Assembly: GCA_964016885.1 (NCBI GenBank)
Contig: OZ024747.1
Coordinates: 50,034,001 to 50,098,000, forward strand
Length of the DNA stretch: 64,000 bases
Reading direction: 5' to 3'
Source of the DNA: Eledone cirrhosa
Taxonomy: Eukaryota
Shown here: positions 52,735 to 64,000 of the stretch, in pieces
How the letters are laid out: every line of letters starts with the position of its first letter
How positions within the stretch are numbered: position 1 is the stretch's first letter
Notes under the pieces: generated by a model
Databases searched by the model: none
Told to the model about the DNA's origin: nothing
What the model saw: only the letters and a program-made list of their open reading frames with translations
Translations under genes and position numbers: made by a program

Positions 52735-53734
52735 TTTATGTCCACTTTTTCCTGCTTGCAAGGGTTGGATGGGTCCTATTCAGCACAGCATTTCTCCACC
52801 CGTCACGGTCCTTCGTCATCTCCTTGCCCCTCCATGTTATCTGTCATTAGCATGCGACTACTACGTAGCTATTGCATTTATGCATATTGTGCATGCACTT
52901 TCGGGCTTATATGGCCTCATGAATGTGTTGGGTTCCACGCCTCACGAATGTTTTCTCATACAGTATTTTATGCGCCATGTGCACAGTTGTGTGTGTGTGT
53001 GTGTGTGTGGATATGTAGGTATTCATCAAGTATGTGCTTTTAGAGATGTATAAGCATGCTCATGCGTGGGTACATGTATGTATGTGTATGAATATGTACA
53101 TGCATGTGTATGCATGTGTGTGTGTATGTGTATATACATGTACATGTCTGTGTAAGTGTATGCATATGTATGTGTAGATTTTCCGTTTTTTCATCTGTTT
53201 ATATGTGCATCCATATGTATTGTTTCAAGTATATGTGTCTTAAGTATAAATGCTCTCCTGAGTACAGTGTGTGTATGTGTATATATATATGTATGTATAT
53301 TTATCAAAAATACTTTTGTAAACAAATTTTTTTTGAGAGGCTCTTTGAAGCATTTTTTAAAATATTTTTTTTTAAAGGGTTTTTTTTTAAATGTGTTTTT
53401 TAAGGTATTTTGAGAGAGTGTTTTTCTGAAACGCTTTTTTAAAAATGTTTTTCCATTTAAAAAAATTCCTTCTAAGTATTCACTGCATATTTAATATTTA
53501 CTGCGATTTTCGTATATAATAAAGTTGTGAGTGCGTATGTGATTGTTATCTGCATATACGTGCCCATATGTATCACGCCTGCGTGAAACATGGACATGTG
53601 TGTGGGCGTCTATATATACGTGCGTTGTATTGAAGCGAATAACCATATGTCTACTCTGGGAGTTTATTTAACTTATTGAGTACACTGAGATACAACCGGT
53701 CCTAGCAGTGAAACCCATGCTAGTTCTGTCAACT

Positions 53735-53769
<35 letters not shown>

Positions 53770-53771
<2 letters not shown>

Positions 53772-54078
53772 CATCATCACCATCATTTTACGTTTATTTT
53801 TCCCTGCTTGCAAGGGTTGGACGGGAACTGATTCGGGCTTGATTTCTACAGCTGGATGCCCTTCCTAACACCAACCTCATTTCCAGTGAGTGCTGGGTGC
53901 TTTTTTGAGGTGGTGCCTACATGTCCACTTTACAATGGAATGATAGGGACCTCAGTCCCTACCATCTCATTTCTACAGCGGAGTAAACTGGAGCAATGTG
54001 AAATAAAGTGTCTTGCTCAAGGAAACAACACATCACCTGGTCTGAGAATTGAACTCACAACCACTAAGCCATGCACCT
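53770..54078 (-). mobile_element. SINE family B (deletion in head)
   Basis: Family B sequence. Confidence 0.85.
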
Positions 54079-54079
54079 A

Positions 54080-54205
54080 TATATATAATAGATATATAAT
54101 ATATATATATATAATATATATATATATATAATATATATATATAATATATATATAATATATATATATATATAATATATATATATATATAATATATATATAT
54201 AATAT

Positions 54206-54250
<45 letters not shown>

Positions 54251-55325
54251 TATATAATATATATATATAATATATATATATAATATATATATATAATATA
54301 TATATATAATATATATATATAATATATATATATAATATATATATATAATATATATATATAATATATATATATATATAATATATATATATAATATATATAT
54401 ATAATATATATATATATAATATATATATATATAATATATATATATAATATATATATATAATATATATATATAATATATATATAATATATAATATATATAT
54501 ATATATAATATATATATATAATATATATATATATAATATATATATATAATATATATATATATATAATATATATAATATATATAATATATATATATAATAT
54601 ATATATATATATAATATATATATATATATAATATATATATAATATATATATATATAATATATATATATATAATATATATATATATAATATATATATATAA
54701 TATATATATATAATATATATATATAATATATATATATAATATATATATATATTATATATATAATATATATATATAATATATATATATAATATATATATAT
54801 TATATATATATATAATATATATATATATATAATATATATATATAATATATATATATAATATATATATATATATAATATATATATATATAATATATATATA
54901 TAATATATATATATAATATATATATATAATATATATATATATATAATATATATATATATATAATATATATATATAATATATATATATATAATATATATAT
55001 ATAATATATATATATAATATATATAATATATATAATATATATATATAATATATATATATATAATATATATATATATATAATATATATATAATATATATAT
55101 ATAATATATATATAATATATATATATATAATATATATATATATAATATATATATATATAATATATATATATATAATATATATATATAATATATATATATA
55201 ATATATATATATATTATATATATAATATATATATATAATATATATATATAATATATATATATATTATATATATAATATATATATATAATATATATATATA
55301 ATATATATATGTATATTATATATAT
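54080..55325. repeat. (TA)n with periodic TAA interruptions
   Basis: Read directly. Confidence 0.97.
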
Positions 55326-55707
55326 CGACAGTCAACTGATAAGATCCCAGACCTCATTTGCTTAATGAGTGGGATGGAGCTTGTCAAATTGGTCCCATTG
55401 GTCTTTCCAATTGCTAATACTATCTATCGCTCACAAATCCAGGTTGAAGGAGCAATCCAGGACATAACGCATTGCTTGGTCCAGGAATCAAACTCACAAC
55501 CTCACATTTGTGAATGTAATTCTCTAACCACTCAGCCACGTGCCTTCACACACACACACATATATATATATAATTCTCGTTTACTTTTAGTGCTCGCTTG
55601 TGTTGCACTTTATATGCATTGAGCACACCGCCCTCTTCACTATCGGCTTATAATTCTCACGACTAATCTCCTATCTCTCCTTCTTGATTGGTTTTTACAC
55701 ATACTTT

Positions 55708-55747
<40 letters not shown>

Positions 55748-55809
55748 TCATAATAACCATCTTCATCATCAATTAACATCATGATTTCAGGTAGTAAGGT
55801 TTGTGTGGA

Positions 55810-56140
55810 TCATCATCATCATTTTACGTCGGCTTTTACCTGCTTGCAAGGGTGGGATGGGAACTGATTCTGGCTTGATTTCTACAGCTGGATGCCCTTC
55901 CTAACACCAACCTCATTTACAGTGAGTGCTGGGTGCTTTTTTTGCCGTGGCACCTCCACGACCACTTTGCAGTGGAATGATAGGGACCCCAGTCCTATCA
56001 TCTCATTTCTACAGCTGAGTAAACTGGAGCAATGTGAAATAAAGTGTCTTGCTCAAGGAAACAACACATCACCCGGTCTGAGAATTGAACTCACAACCTT
56101 TCGATTGCAAGGCCAATGCTCTAACCACTAAGCCATGTCC
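55810..56140 (-). mobile_element. SINE family B
   Basis: Family B sequence. Confidence 0.9.
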
Positions 56141-56934
56141 CGCCATCAGCTGATACCAATTAACTATGTAATTTGAGCTACCGCCCTCTCAAATGGGGCA
56201 GGATGCACATCTCCCTAACACAAATCTCCATAACTCTACGGGGTTGATTACATCCTGGCACCAACACTAAGGAGGTTCTCATGTTTCATCTGAAGAGCCC
56301 TTGCAACTGTCTGTTGGGCTGGGGATGTATAGTGATGGTGAGAATAGTTATTACAGTGCAATATTGAGGGAGGGAGAGTGTGGCATTGACATGATTGGGT
56401 CATGTTTTGTTGCTGGTAGGTTGTTGCACTTTGGCATGTATATATATTTACTACTACATATATAAATCCTATATACTCTAGTGATTGCTATTTTCTTTCA
56501 TTTTTACATACACATATGCATATACACATACACACACATACACTCACACACACATATATACACACACATATATATATATAGACATGTGTACATACACACC
56601 TATGTCTGTATGTATGCACATAATCTGCTTTTAATCTTAGCTAATCTATCTATGCTTTTAATGAGAGCCACCATTCTACAGCAGGTAGAGATTAAGGACC
56701 AACCAGCCAGCCAGCCAGCCAACCAAACAACCTACCTGCCATTTAACCAACCAACCATCCAACCTGCAACACTAATTAAATGACCAGGCTACTTAATATC
56801 TTATATCATCTTAAATCTCACGCAAACGAGATAACTTAATTGTTTGATCTTTTATAAGCAGCCATTGTTGGTTTTGTTAGTGAAATTGGATTTCAACTTC
56901 TTTACACATCCACAGACTCATGGACACAAAACCA

Positions 56935-57705
56935 CGGGCATATCATCAGTGTTGTATCGTAGAGTCACAGAGTGTGTCTGGTCTTACAACATAGCCACAC
57001 TCATCTAAGAGACCCAAACCTCGGACACATCATCAGTGTTGTATCGTAGAGTCACAGAGTGTGTCTGGTCTTACAACATAGCCACACTCATCTAAGAGAC
57101 CCAAACCTCGGACACATCATCAGTGTTGTATCGTAGAGTCACAGAGTGTGTCTGGTCTTACAACATAGCCACACTCATCTAAGAGACCCAAACCTCGGAC
57201 ACATCATCAGTGTTGTATCATAAAGTCACAGAGTGTGTCTGGTCTTACAACATAGCCACACTCATCTAAGAGACCCAAACCTCGGACACATCATCAGTAT
57301 TGTACAGTAGAGTCACAGAGTGTTTCTGGTCTTACAACATAGTCACCCTCATCTAAGAGACCCAAACCTCGGACACATCATCAGTGTTGTATCATGGAGT
57401 TATTGAGTGTTTCCGGTCTTACAACATAGCCACCCTCATCTAGGTGAACCAAACCTTGGACACATCATCAGTGTTGTATCATGGAGTCAATGAGTGTTTC
57501 CGGTCTTACAACATAGCCACCCTCATCTAGGTGAACCAAACCTTGGACACATCATCAGTGTTGTATCCTGGAGTCAATGAGTGTTTCCGGTCTTACAACA
57601 TAGCCACCTTCATCTAGGTGAACCAAACCTTGGACACATCAGTGTTGTATCATGGAGTCAATGAGTGTTTCCGGTCTTACAACATAGCCACCCTCTTTTA
57701 GGTGA
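56935..57705. repeat. 87-bp minisatellite, about 9 copies in two sequence variants
   Basis: Period 56944 to 57031; first 5 copies of type agagtcacagagtgtgtct, last 4 of type ggagtcaatgagtgtttcc. Confidence 0.95.
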
Positions 57706-58043
57706 TCTGCTGAGAGATATATTGAATATTTTTGGTGTATTCATTACCCACCTGTGTTATTATCTGTATCCACTACACTGTATAATCCATCATCATCATC
57801 ACCACCACCACGAATGTGTGACACTACTATAAGTAATGGTGGTCATGGTATGACTCTACAAACATACACACCAATGCAAGGACCCTGTTTGTTGCTCCTC
57901 TAAAAAACAAAAACAAAAAACAAACAACAAAAACAACAAATGGAAGGGATTTTAAGGAGTAAGTAACATTCTTCTTGTATGTTGATTTATGTCATCTTGT
58001 TGTTGGTGTTGTTCTACTTCTAAATTATATATATACACACACA

Positions 58044-58104
<61 letters not shown>

Positions 58105-58429
58105 GTGAGGTTTTTTTACAAAATGAAAAAAAAAACGAGGTGTCCTACACGAGTGAAAATATAAGGAAAAAAGATGAAATCGAAAATGCAACTGGAGTCT
58201 TTTTTTTTTTTTAAATATATATTTATTTGGTTCCTTTACCAGTTTCGCAGTTCTTCTGCTTTTCAAAAGTAGAGTTGAGATGGAGGGTCTGTGGTTTTTC
58301 TCACATCTATATCTATATATAGTTTTGCAAGAGATGTCAACATGAATGGACCTGTTATTTTTTATCTAAAGACATTTTTTTCCAATTCCATTCCGCCCGT
58401 CCCCTTAATCTATTTTATTTCTCATTCTT

Positions 58430-58465
58430 TCTTCTGATGAAGGACTAGCATCCGAAACGTTAAGA
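58430..58465 (+). ncRNA. Minimal type I hammerhead ribozyme motif (Penelope-LTR-type)
   Basis: Stem I TCTT/AAGA; CTGATGA plus extra A; stem II GGA-ctagca-TCC; GAAA; palindromic ACGT stem III; triplet GUU; downstream taccttccat..actgtaccgattgtgttgttatttctg shared with 20741-20790. Confidence 0.65.
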
Positions 58466-58551
58466 CCCTCTTCCTGCTATATCAAGCGTTAACATAATAT
58501 ATACCTTCCATATATACTGTACCGATTGTGTTGTTATTTCTGTTTACCTTT

Positions 58552-58599
<48 letters not shown>

Positions 58600-58794
58600 G
58601 AGAGATATTTATTACTATTTATTGTATCTCTATAATTGTACGGTGTTCCTACATAACACCGATTTTGGCACTGAATAATTCATTGCGTATGCTCTGATTT
58701 ACCAACTTGTACCTGGGAAATACAGGTTCTGTAAAATCATTGAGCGAGTGGAAAATTAAGCAGGCTAGCACAAATTCAATTTGTCTAGTTTGTT

Positions 58795-58839
<45 letters not shown>

Positions 58840-58863
58840 TTGTATTTTTATTTATCTGAGTAC

Positions 58864-58912
<49 letters not shown>

Positions 58913-58917
58913 TATAT

Positions 58918-59155
58918 CATCATCCTCATCATTGTTTAACGTCCATCTTCCACGCTAGCATGAGTAGGACAGGTTGATCCTTATGGAGAGAATCAGGTCA
59001 GAGGACCATGTTTAGACCACCCAGAGCCGATTTTGGCTTGGTTTCTACAGCTGGATGCCTTTCCTAATGCCAACCACATTTACAGTGTGTGTTGGGACCT
59101 TTTTATCGTGTCTCCTACACGACCACATTACAGTGTGGACTGGGTACTTTTTGGT
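58918..59155 (-). mobile_element. RTE 3' tail fragment
   Basis: tttaacgtccatcttccacgctagcatg...ctggatgcctttcctaatgccaacc. Confidence 0.8.
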
Positions 59156-59194
59156 GGGATGCATGTTTAACATAATCCTGCTCTTTACTGTTAT

Positions 59195-59850
59195 TGGGTG
59201 ACTATCTGGTAACTGTCTGGCAACTATTTGGTGACTGTCTAGTGACTGTCTGGTGACTATCTGATGACTGTCTGGTGACTATCTTGTAAGTGTTTGGTGA
59301 CTGTCTAGTGACTGTCTGGTGACTATCTGGTGACTGGTGACTGTCTGGTGATTATCTGGGGACTGACTGGTGACTATCTTGTAAGTGTCTGGTGACTGTC
59401 TAGTGATTATCTGGCGACTGACTGGTGACTATTTGGTGACTGTCTGATGATTATCTGGTGACTATTTGGTGACTGTCTAGTGACTGTCTGACTGGTGACT
59501 GTCTGGTGACTGACTGGTGACTGTTTGATGATTATCTGGTGACTATCTGATGACTGTCTGGTGACTATCTTGTAAGTGTCTGGTGACTGTCTAGTGATTA
59601 TCTGGTGACTGACTGGTGACTATTTGGTGACTCTCTGATGATTATCTGGTGACTATTTGGTGACTGTCTAGTGACTGTCTGGTGAAAATCTGGTGACTGG
59701 TGACTGTCTGGTGACTGACTGGTGACTATTTGGTGACTGTTTGATGATTATCTGGTGACTATCTGATGACTGTCTGGTGACTATCTTGTAAGTGTCTGGT
59801 GACTGTCTAGTGATTATCTGGTGACTGTCTGGTGACTTTCTCATGACTAT
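59195..59850. repeat. 11-bp minisatellite (ggtgactgtct/ggtgactatct) with higher-order blocks
   Basis: Read directly. Confidence 0.9.
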
Positions 59851-60482
59851 ATTCACAATGGAAGATACTTCCTATGATATTCCAGATGGAGGGGTTTAAT
59901 AAGATAACGTTCTTGTTATTTTTCTGGTGTTTGCAACAAAGTTAACAAAGGTTCTTTACATAGAATTATGATTGAAGGTTTCTAAATAAATATAAACATT
60001 TTCAAACAAAGTTTTGTATCATAGAACCAGCGGCAGTTTCAGGTGGTTTGGTAATGAAAGTGTTATCAAGATGTTTGTTTAATCTTAGATACTTTAGTAT
60101 AAGCAGTCTTAGGCAACTTGGTATTAAAATCTTAACACTTTTAGAACCATATTTCCATGGAAATATACTGGCTATATTTTAATTAAATTTAAAAGTAATC
60201 AAGTGCTTGGAGATATTTAGTAAAATAACTTTGTCATTATTAAACTGGTGTCTGAAAAAAGACAAACCATTCATACATAGAATTATTATTTACAGCTTTA
60301 ATTTAAATATTTTAACTAGAAACAATATTGGCAAACTGCCTGAAACTCTTGCTAGATGAATTATGCAAAACAGTTTATTTTTAAATGTTAATATTTATCT
60401 AAAAACCTTCCATCGTAATAGTTTTATCTAAAAATCTTTGTTGAGTTTGATTCATTTCTTTCACTCGTTCATCCATGCTCTG

Positions 60483-61570
60483 CATTCAATGTCTATGTCT
60501 CTCTACCATTCAATGTCCATGTATCACTGCCATTCAATGTCCATGTCTCACTACCATTCAATATCCATGTCTCACTACCATTCAATGTCCATGTCTCATT
60601 ACCATTCAATGTCCATGTCTCCCTACCATTCAATGTCCATGTCTCACTGCCATTCAATGTCCATGTCTCACTGCCATTCAATGTCCATGTCTCATTACCA
60701 TTCAATGTCCATGTCTCCCTACCATTCAATGTCCATGTCTCCCTACCATTCAATGTCCATGTCTCCCTACCATTCAATGTCCATGTCTCACTACCTTTCA
60801 ATGTCCATGTCTCACTACCATTCAATGTCCATGTCTCACTACCATTCAATGTCCATGTCTCACTACCATTCAATGTCCATGTCTCACTACCATTCAATGT
60901 CCGTGTCTCACTGCCATTCAATTTCCATGTCTCACTGCCATTCAATGTCCATGTCTCACTACCTTTCAATGTCCATGTCTCTCTACCATTCAATGTCCAT
61001 GTCTCCCTAACATTCAATATCCATGTCTCACTACCATTCAATGTCCATGTCTCCCTACCATTCATTCTCCATGTCTCACTACCATTCAATATCCATGTCT
61101 CACTACCATTCAATATACATGTCTCACTACCATTCATTCTCCATGTCTCCCTACGATTCAATATCCATGTCTCACTACCATTCAATGTCCATGTCTCACT
61201 GCCTTTCAATGTCCATGTCTCACTACCATTCAATGTCCATGTCTCCCTACCATTCAATGTCCATGTCTCACTACCATTCAATGTCCGTGTCTACCTACCA
61301 TTCAATGTCCATGTCTCCCTACCATTCAATGTCCATGTCTCACTACCATTCAATGTCCATGTCTCCCTACCATTCAATGTCCATGTCTCCCTACCATTCA
61401 ATGTCCATGTCTCACTACCATTCAATGTCCAAGTATCACTACCATTCAATGTCCATGTCTCCCTACCATTCAATGTCCATGCATCCCTGCCATTCAATGT
61501 CCATGTATCACTACCATTCAATGTCCATGTCTCCCTAGCATTCAATGTGCATGTATCCCTGCCATTCAAC
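60483..61570. repeat. 24-bp minisatellite, about 45 copies (ccattcaatgtccatgtctcacta; minus strand = LNGSETWT)
   Basis: Read directly; ORF 60493-61281. Confidence 0.96.
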
Positions 61571-61732
61571 ATTGTACTTCATACATCAGTATCGTACATT
61601 CTATTCTTTTGCTCAGGAAATCCTTTAATTGCCGGCAGAGTTAGTTACCCCCAAAACTTGTTACATCATCTTTTTATTCTGGCTGCTATGTTTTCAGATC
61701 ATGATTTTACATCCACTTTACTTGCTGGCATG

Positions 61733-62390
61733 GATAGGACTCCACTGCTATGTAGGTCACCTTGGTATTAGAAGCTATCAACTACTCCTAGATTGGACTC
61801 CACTGCTATGTAGGTCACCTTGGTATTAGAAGCTATCAACTACTCTTAGCTAAGGCTCCACTGCTATGTAAGCCACCTATGTGTTAGAAGCTATCAACTA
61901 CTCCTAGATAAGACTCCACTGCTATGTAAGCCACCTATGTGTTAGAAGCTATCAACTACTCCTAGATAAGACTCCACTGCTATGTAAGCCACCTATGTGT
62001 TAGAAGCTATCAACTACTCCTAGATAAGACTCCACTGCTATGTAAGCCACCTATGTGTTAGAAGCTATCAACTACTACTAGATAAGACTCCACTGCTATG
62101 TAAGCCACCTATGTGTTAGAAGCTATCAACTACTCCTAGATTGGACTCCACTGCTATGTAGGTCACCTTCATATTAGAAGCTATCAACTACTCCTAGATA
62201 GGACTCCACTGCTATGTAAGCCACCTATGTGTTAGAAGCTATCAACTACTCCTTGATAGGACTCCACTGATATGTAGGTCACCTATGTGTTAGAATCTGC
62301 CAACTACTCCTAGATAAGACTCCACTGCTATGTAGGTCACCTAGGTACCAGAAGTTATCAACTACTCCTAGATAGGACTCCACTGCTATG
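61733..62390. repeat. 58-bp minisatellite, about 11 copies (minus strand = LGVVDNFWYLGDLHSSG in the terminal copy)
   Basis: Period 61733 to 61791. Confidence 0.95.
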
Positions 62391-63819
62391 TACTACACTA
62401 TAAAGTGACTGTGCTGGAGCCACAATAAAATACACTCAGTACACTCTGTAAAGTGGTTGGTATTTGGAAGGGTATACAGTTGTAGAAACCATACCAAAAT
62501 ATGGAACACATGAGCAATACACAGTTAACTGCCCTTGTCTTTTCTTGAACTGTGACAACCCCCATCTAACCCATAACAGCATTGATAATTGATGTAGAAT
62601 TATGATAATGATGATGATGAGATCAAAACATCAATGCTGATGATAATGTTGATAATAAAGATGATGATAATGGTGATAACAGAGATGATTATAATGGTGA
62701 TAACAGAGATATACCAAGATAAAATGATATATTTTCACTGTTGAATGGGTTTTTTTAAATATTTTTTCTGTTTATCCCTCTTCTTCTTGGTACTAAAATC
62801 TTGAGATATCACCGATGCCATATCCATTAGCCATTTCATTGGCATTGCTTAGAACACTCATTGGCACTTTATTACCTCTAGTTGTTGTGTTTATCAAAGA
62901 TCTTTTTAAAAACAATATATCAGACATAGAGATTAGATAATTTCAAGAAATTTTTCAATTTTTGACATGGCTTTTGTAGAATTCTAGCAAAAAAATAACA
63001 ACAAAAAAACTATTCTAGTCATTATTGTTAATGTAAAAATAATTATAGGAGATGGATTTGATAATGGAATATTTTCTTCCTCTCTTCTTAAATACATTTA
63101 AGATTTATTAAAATAGCAGCAGCAGCAATAATAATAATAACAACAGCACCAACAACAGCAGCAAAGACATACCATATTTCTAATAAAAGACAATGTCTGT
63201 GATTTTCAAATAATTTGAAAAATAATCAAGAATTTGAAAGGATTTAGTAATATAACTTTCTTATTATTAAGCTGGCATTTGGAACATAACTTAACAAAGG
63301 TTCTAGCATGAAATTACGATGGAAGGTTTTTAGATAAATTAAACACTTTAAAATAAATAGCTTAGTATCATAGAACCAGGGGTAGTTTAAGGTGGTTTGG
63401 TATCAAAAGGATTAACTTATATAAAGGTAATTAAATTTATAACACTATTGGAATGGATCTCCATCAGTTTCGACGAGGAGTGTTCCAGTTGGTCAATAAA
63501 TGGAATAGACAGCTCATAAAATTACCATTCCATAAACATGTGTACCCTTGTACACATTTTGATTCAGCATGACCCTTTTAATTATAGGTACAGTCTGACA
63601 GGTTTCCAAGTAGTTTCTGTCTACCAACCTTCAATCACGAGGCATGTGTCCAATGCTATAGTAAATGATACTTGCACAAGATAGCATGCAGTGAGATTGA
63701 ACTGGAGCCCTAATGATTGTAAAGTGAACCTCTACATCCAATATGTAGTACTACTAACATAACCTATTCGGGATACTACAGGGATATATTTGATCTTAGC
63801 TTTCTGTAGTGCTAACTGG

Positions 63820-64000
63820 GACTAGGTGATAAAAGCTGACCTTGCACAATTGTACCTCACAAAGACAATGACACAGGATCTAGATCTTTGGTGTTATGCA
63901 GTAATACAGAAGACCTGCCTTCCATTGCACACAGAATCAAACAAACATCCAGTAGGCACTTCTTAACCCCTTAATACACTATAACCCCCTTCCAAACAGT
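63820..64000 (+). mobile_element. RTE LINE C-terminus and 3' UTR start
   Basis: VIKADLAQLYLTKTMTQDLDLWCYAVIQKTCL matches other RTE copies. Confidence 0.85.

Larger units (their letters stand above)
60450..62390 (-). mobile_element. Degenerate RTE LINE segment hosting two internal tandem expansions
   Basis: Unique spacer 61570-61700 reads on minus as RTE-like ..SENIAARIK..LTLPAIKGFPEQ..RMYD..STMLNG; flanking repeats encode the neighbouring RTE motifs. Confidence 0.75.

Noticed and set aside
60475-61644. 389-aa Cys-rich ORF resembling a metallothionein or keratin-associated protein
   Set aside because: Antisense frame of the RTE-derived 24-bp minisatellite; no independent gene evidence.

Overview
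Repeat-saturated eukaryotic (metazoan) genomic DNA, probably intronic or intergenic. The SINE/RTE/Penelope mix and the huge (TA)n, (CA)n and (CAT)n tracts suggest an octopus-like cephalopod, which is inference only. No intact protein-coding gene is present; nearly all long ORFs in the track are translated micro- or minisatellites. Real coding remnants are all transposon-derived: many RTE-clade LINE copies (RT with an internal PHD-like C4HC3 finger), an RNase H/CCHC I/Ingi-type LINE 3' end, an R4/Dong-like REL-endonuclease LINE in TTA repeats, Tx1-like 3' ends, Penelope-like (Neptune-type) RT and GIY-YIG fragments, and a Tc1/mariner fragment. Two tRNA-derived SINE families recur, and one shares its 3' tail with the RTE LINE. 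Most notable: (i) two complete minimal type I hammerhead ribozyme motifs, plus two long fold-back hairpins that both pivot immediately 5' of the GAAA of a half hammerhead; (ii) several minisatellites born from short pieces of retroposons, including RTE coding motifs (LxGSETW, VDxFxYLGD) and a SINE A-box; (iii) one candidate host exon carrying a start codon (31034-31095). A 200-N assembly gap lies at 49951-50150. Element boundaries were read by eye and are approximate.
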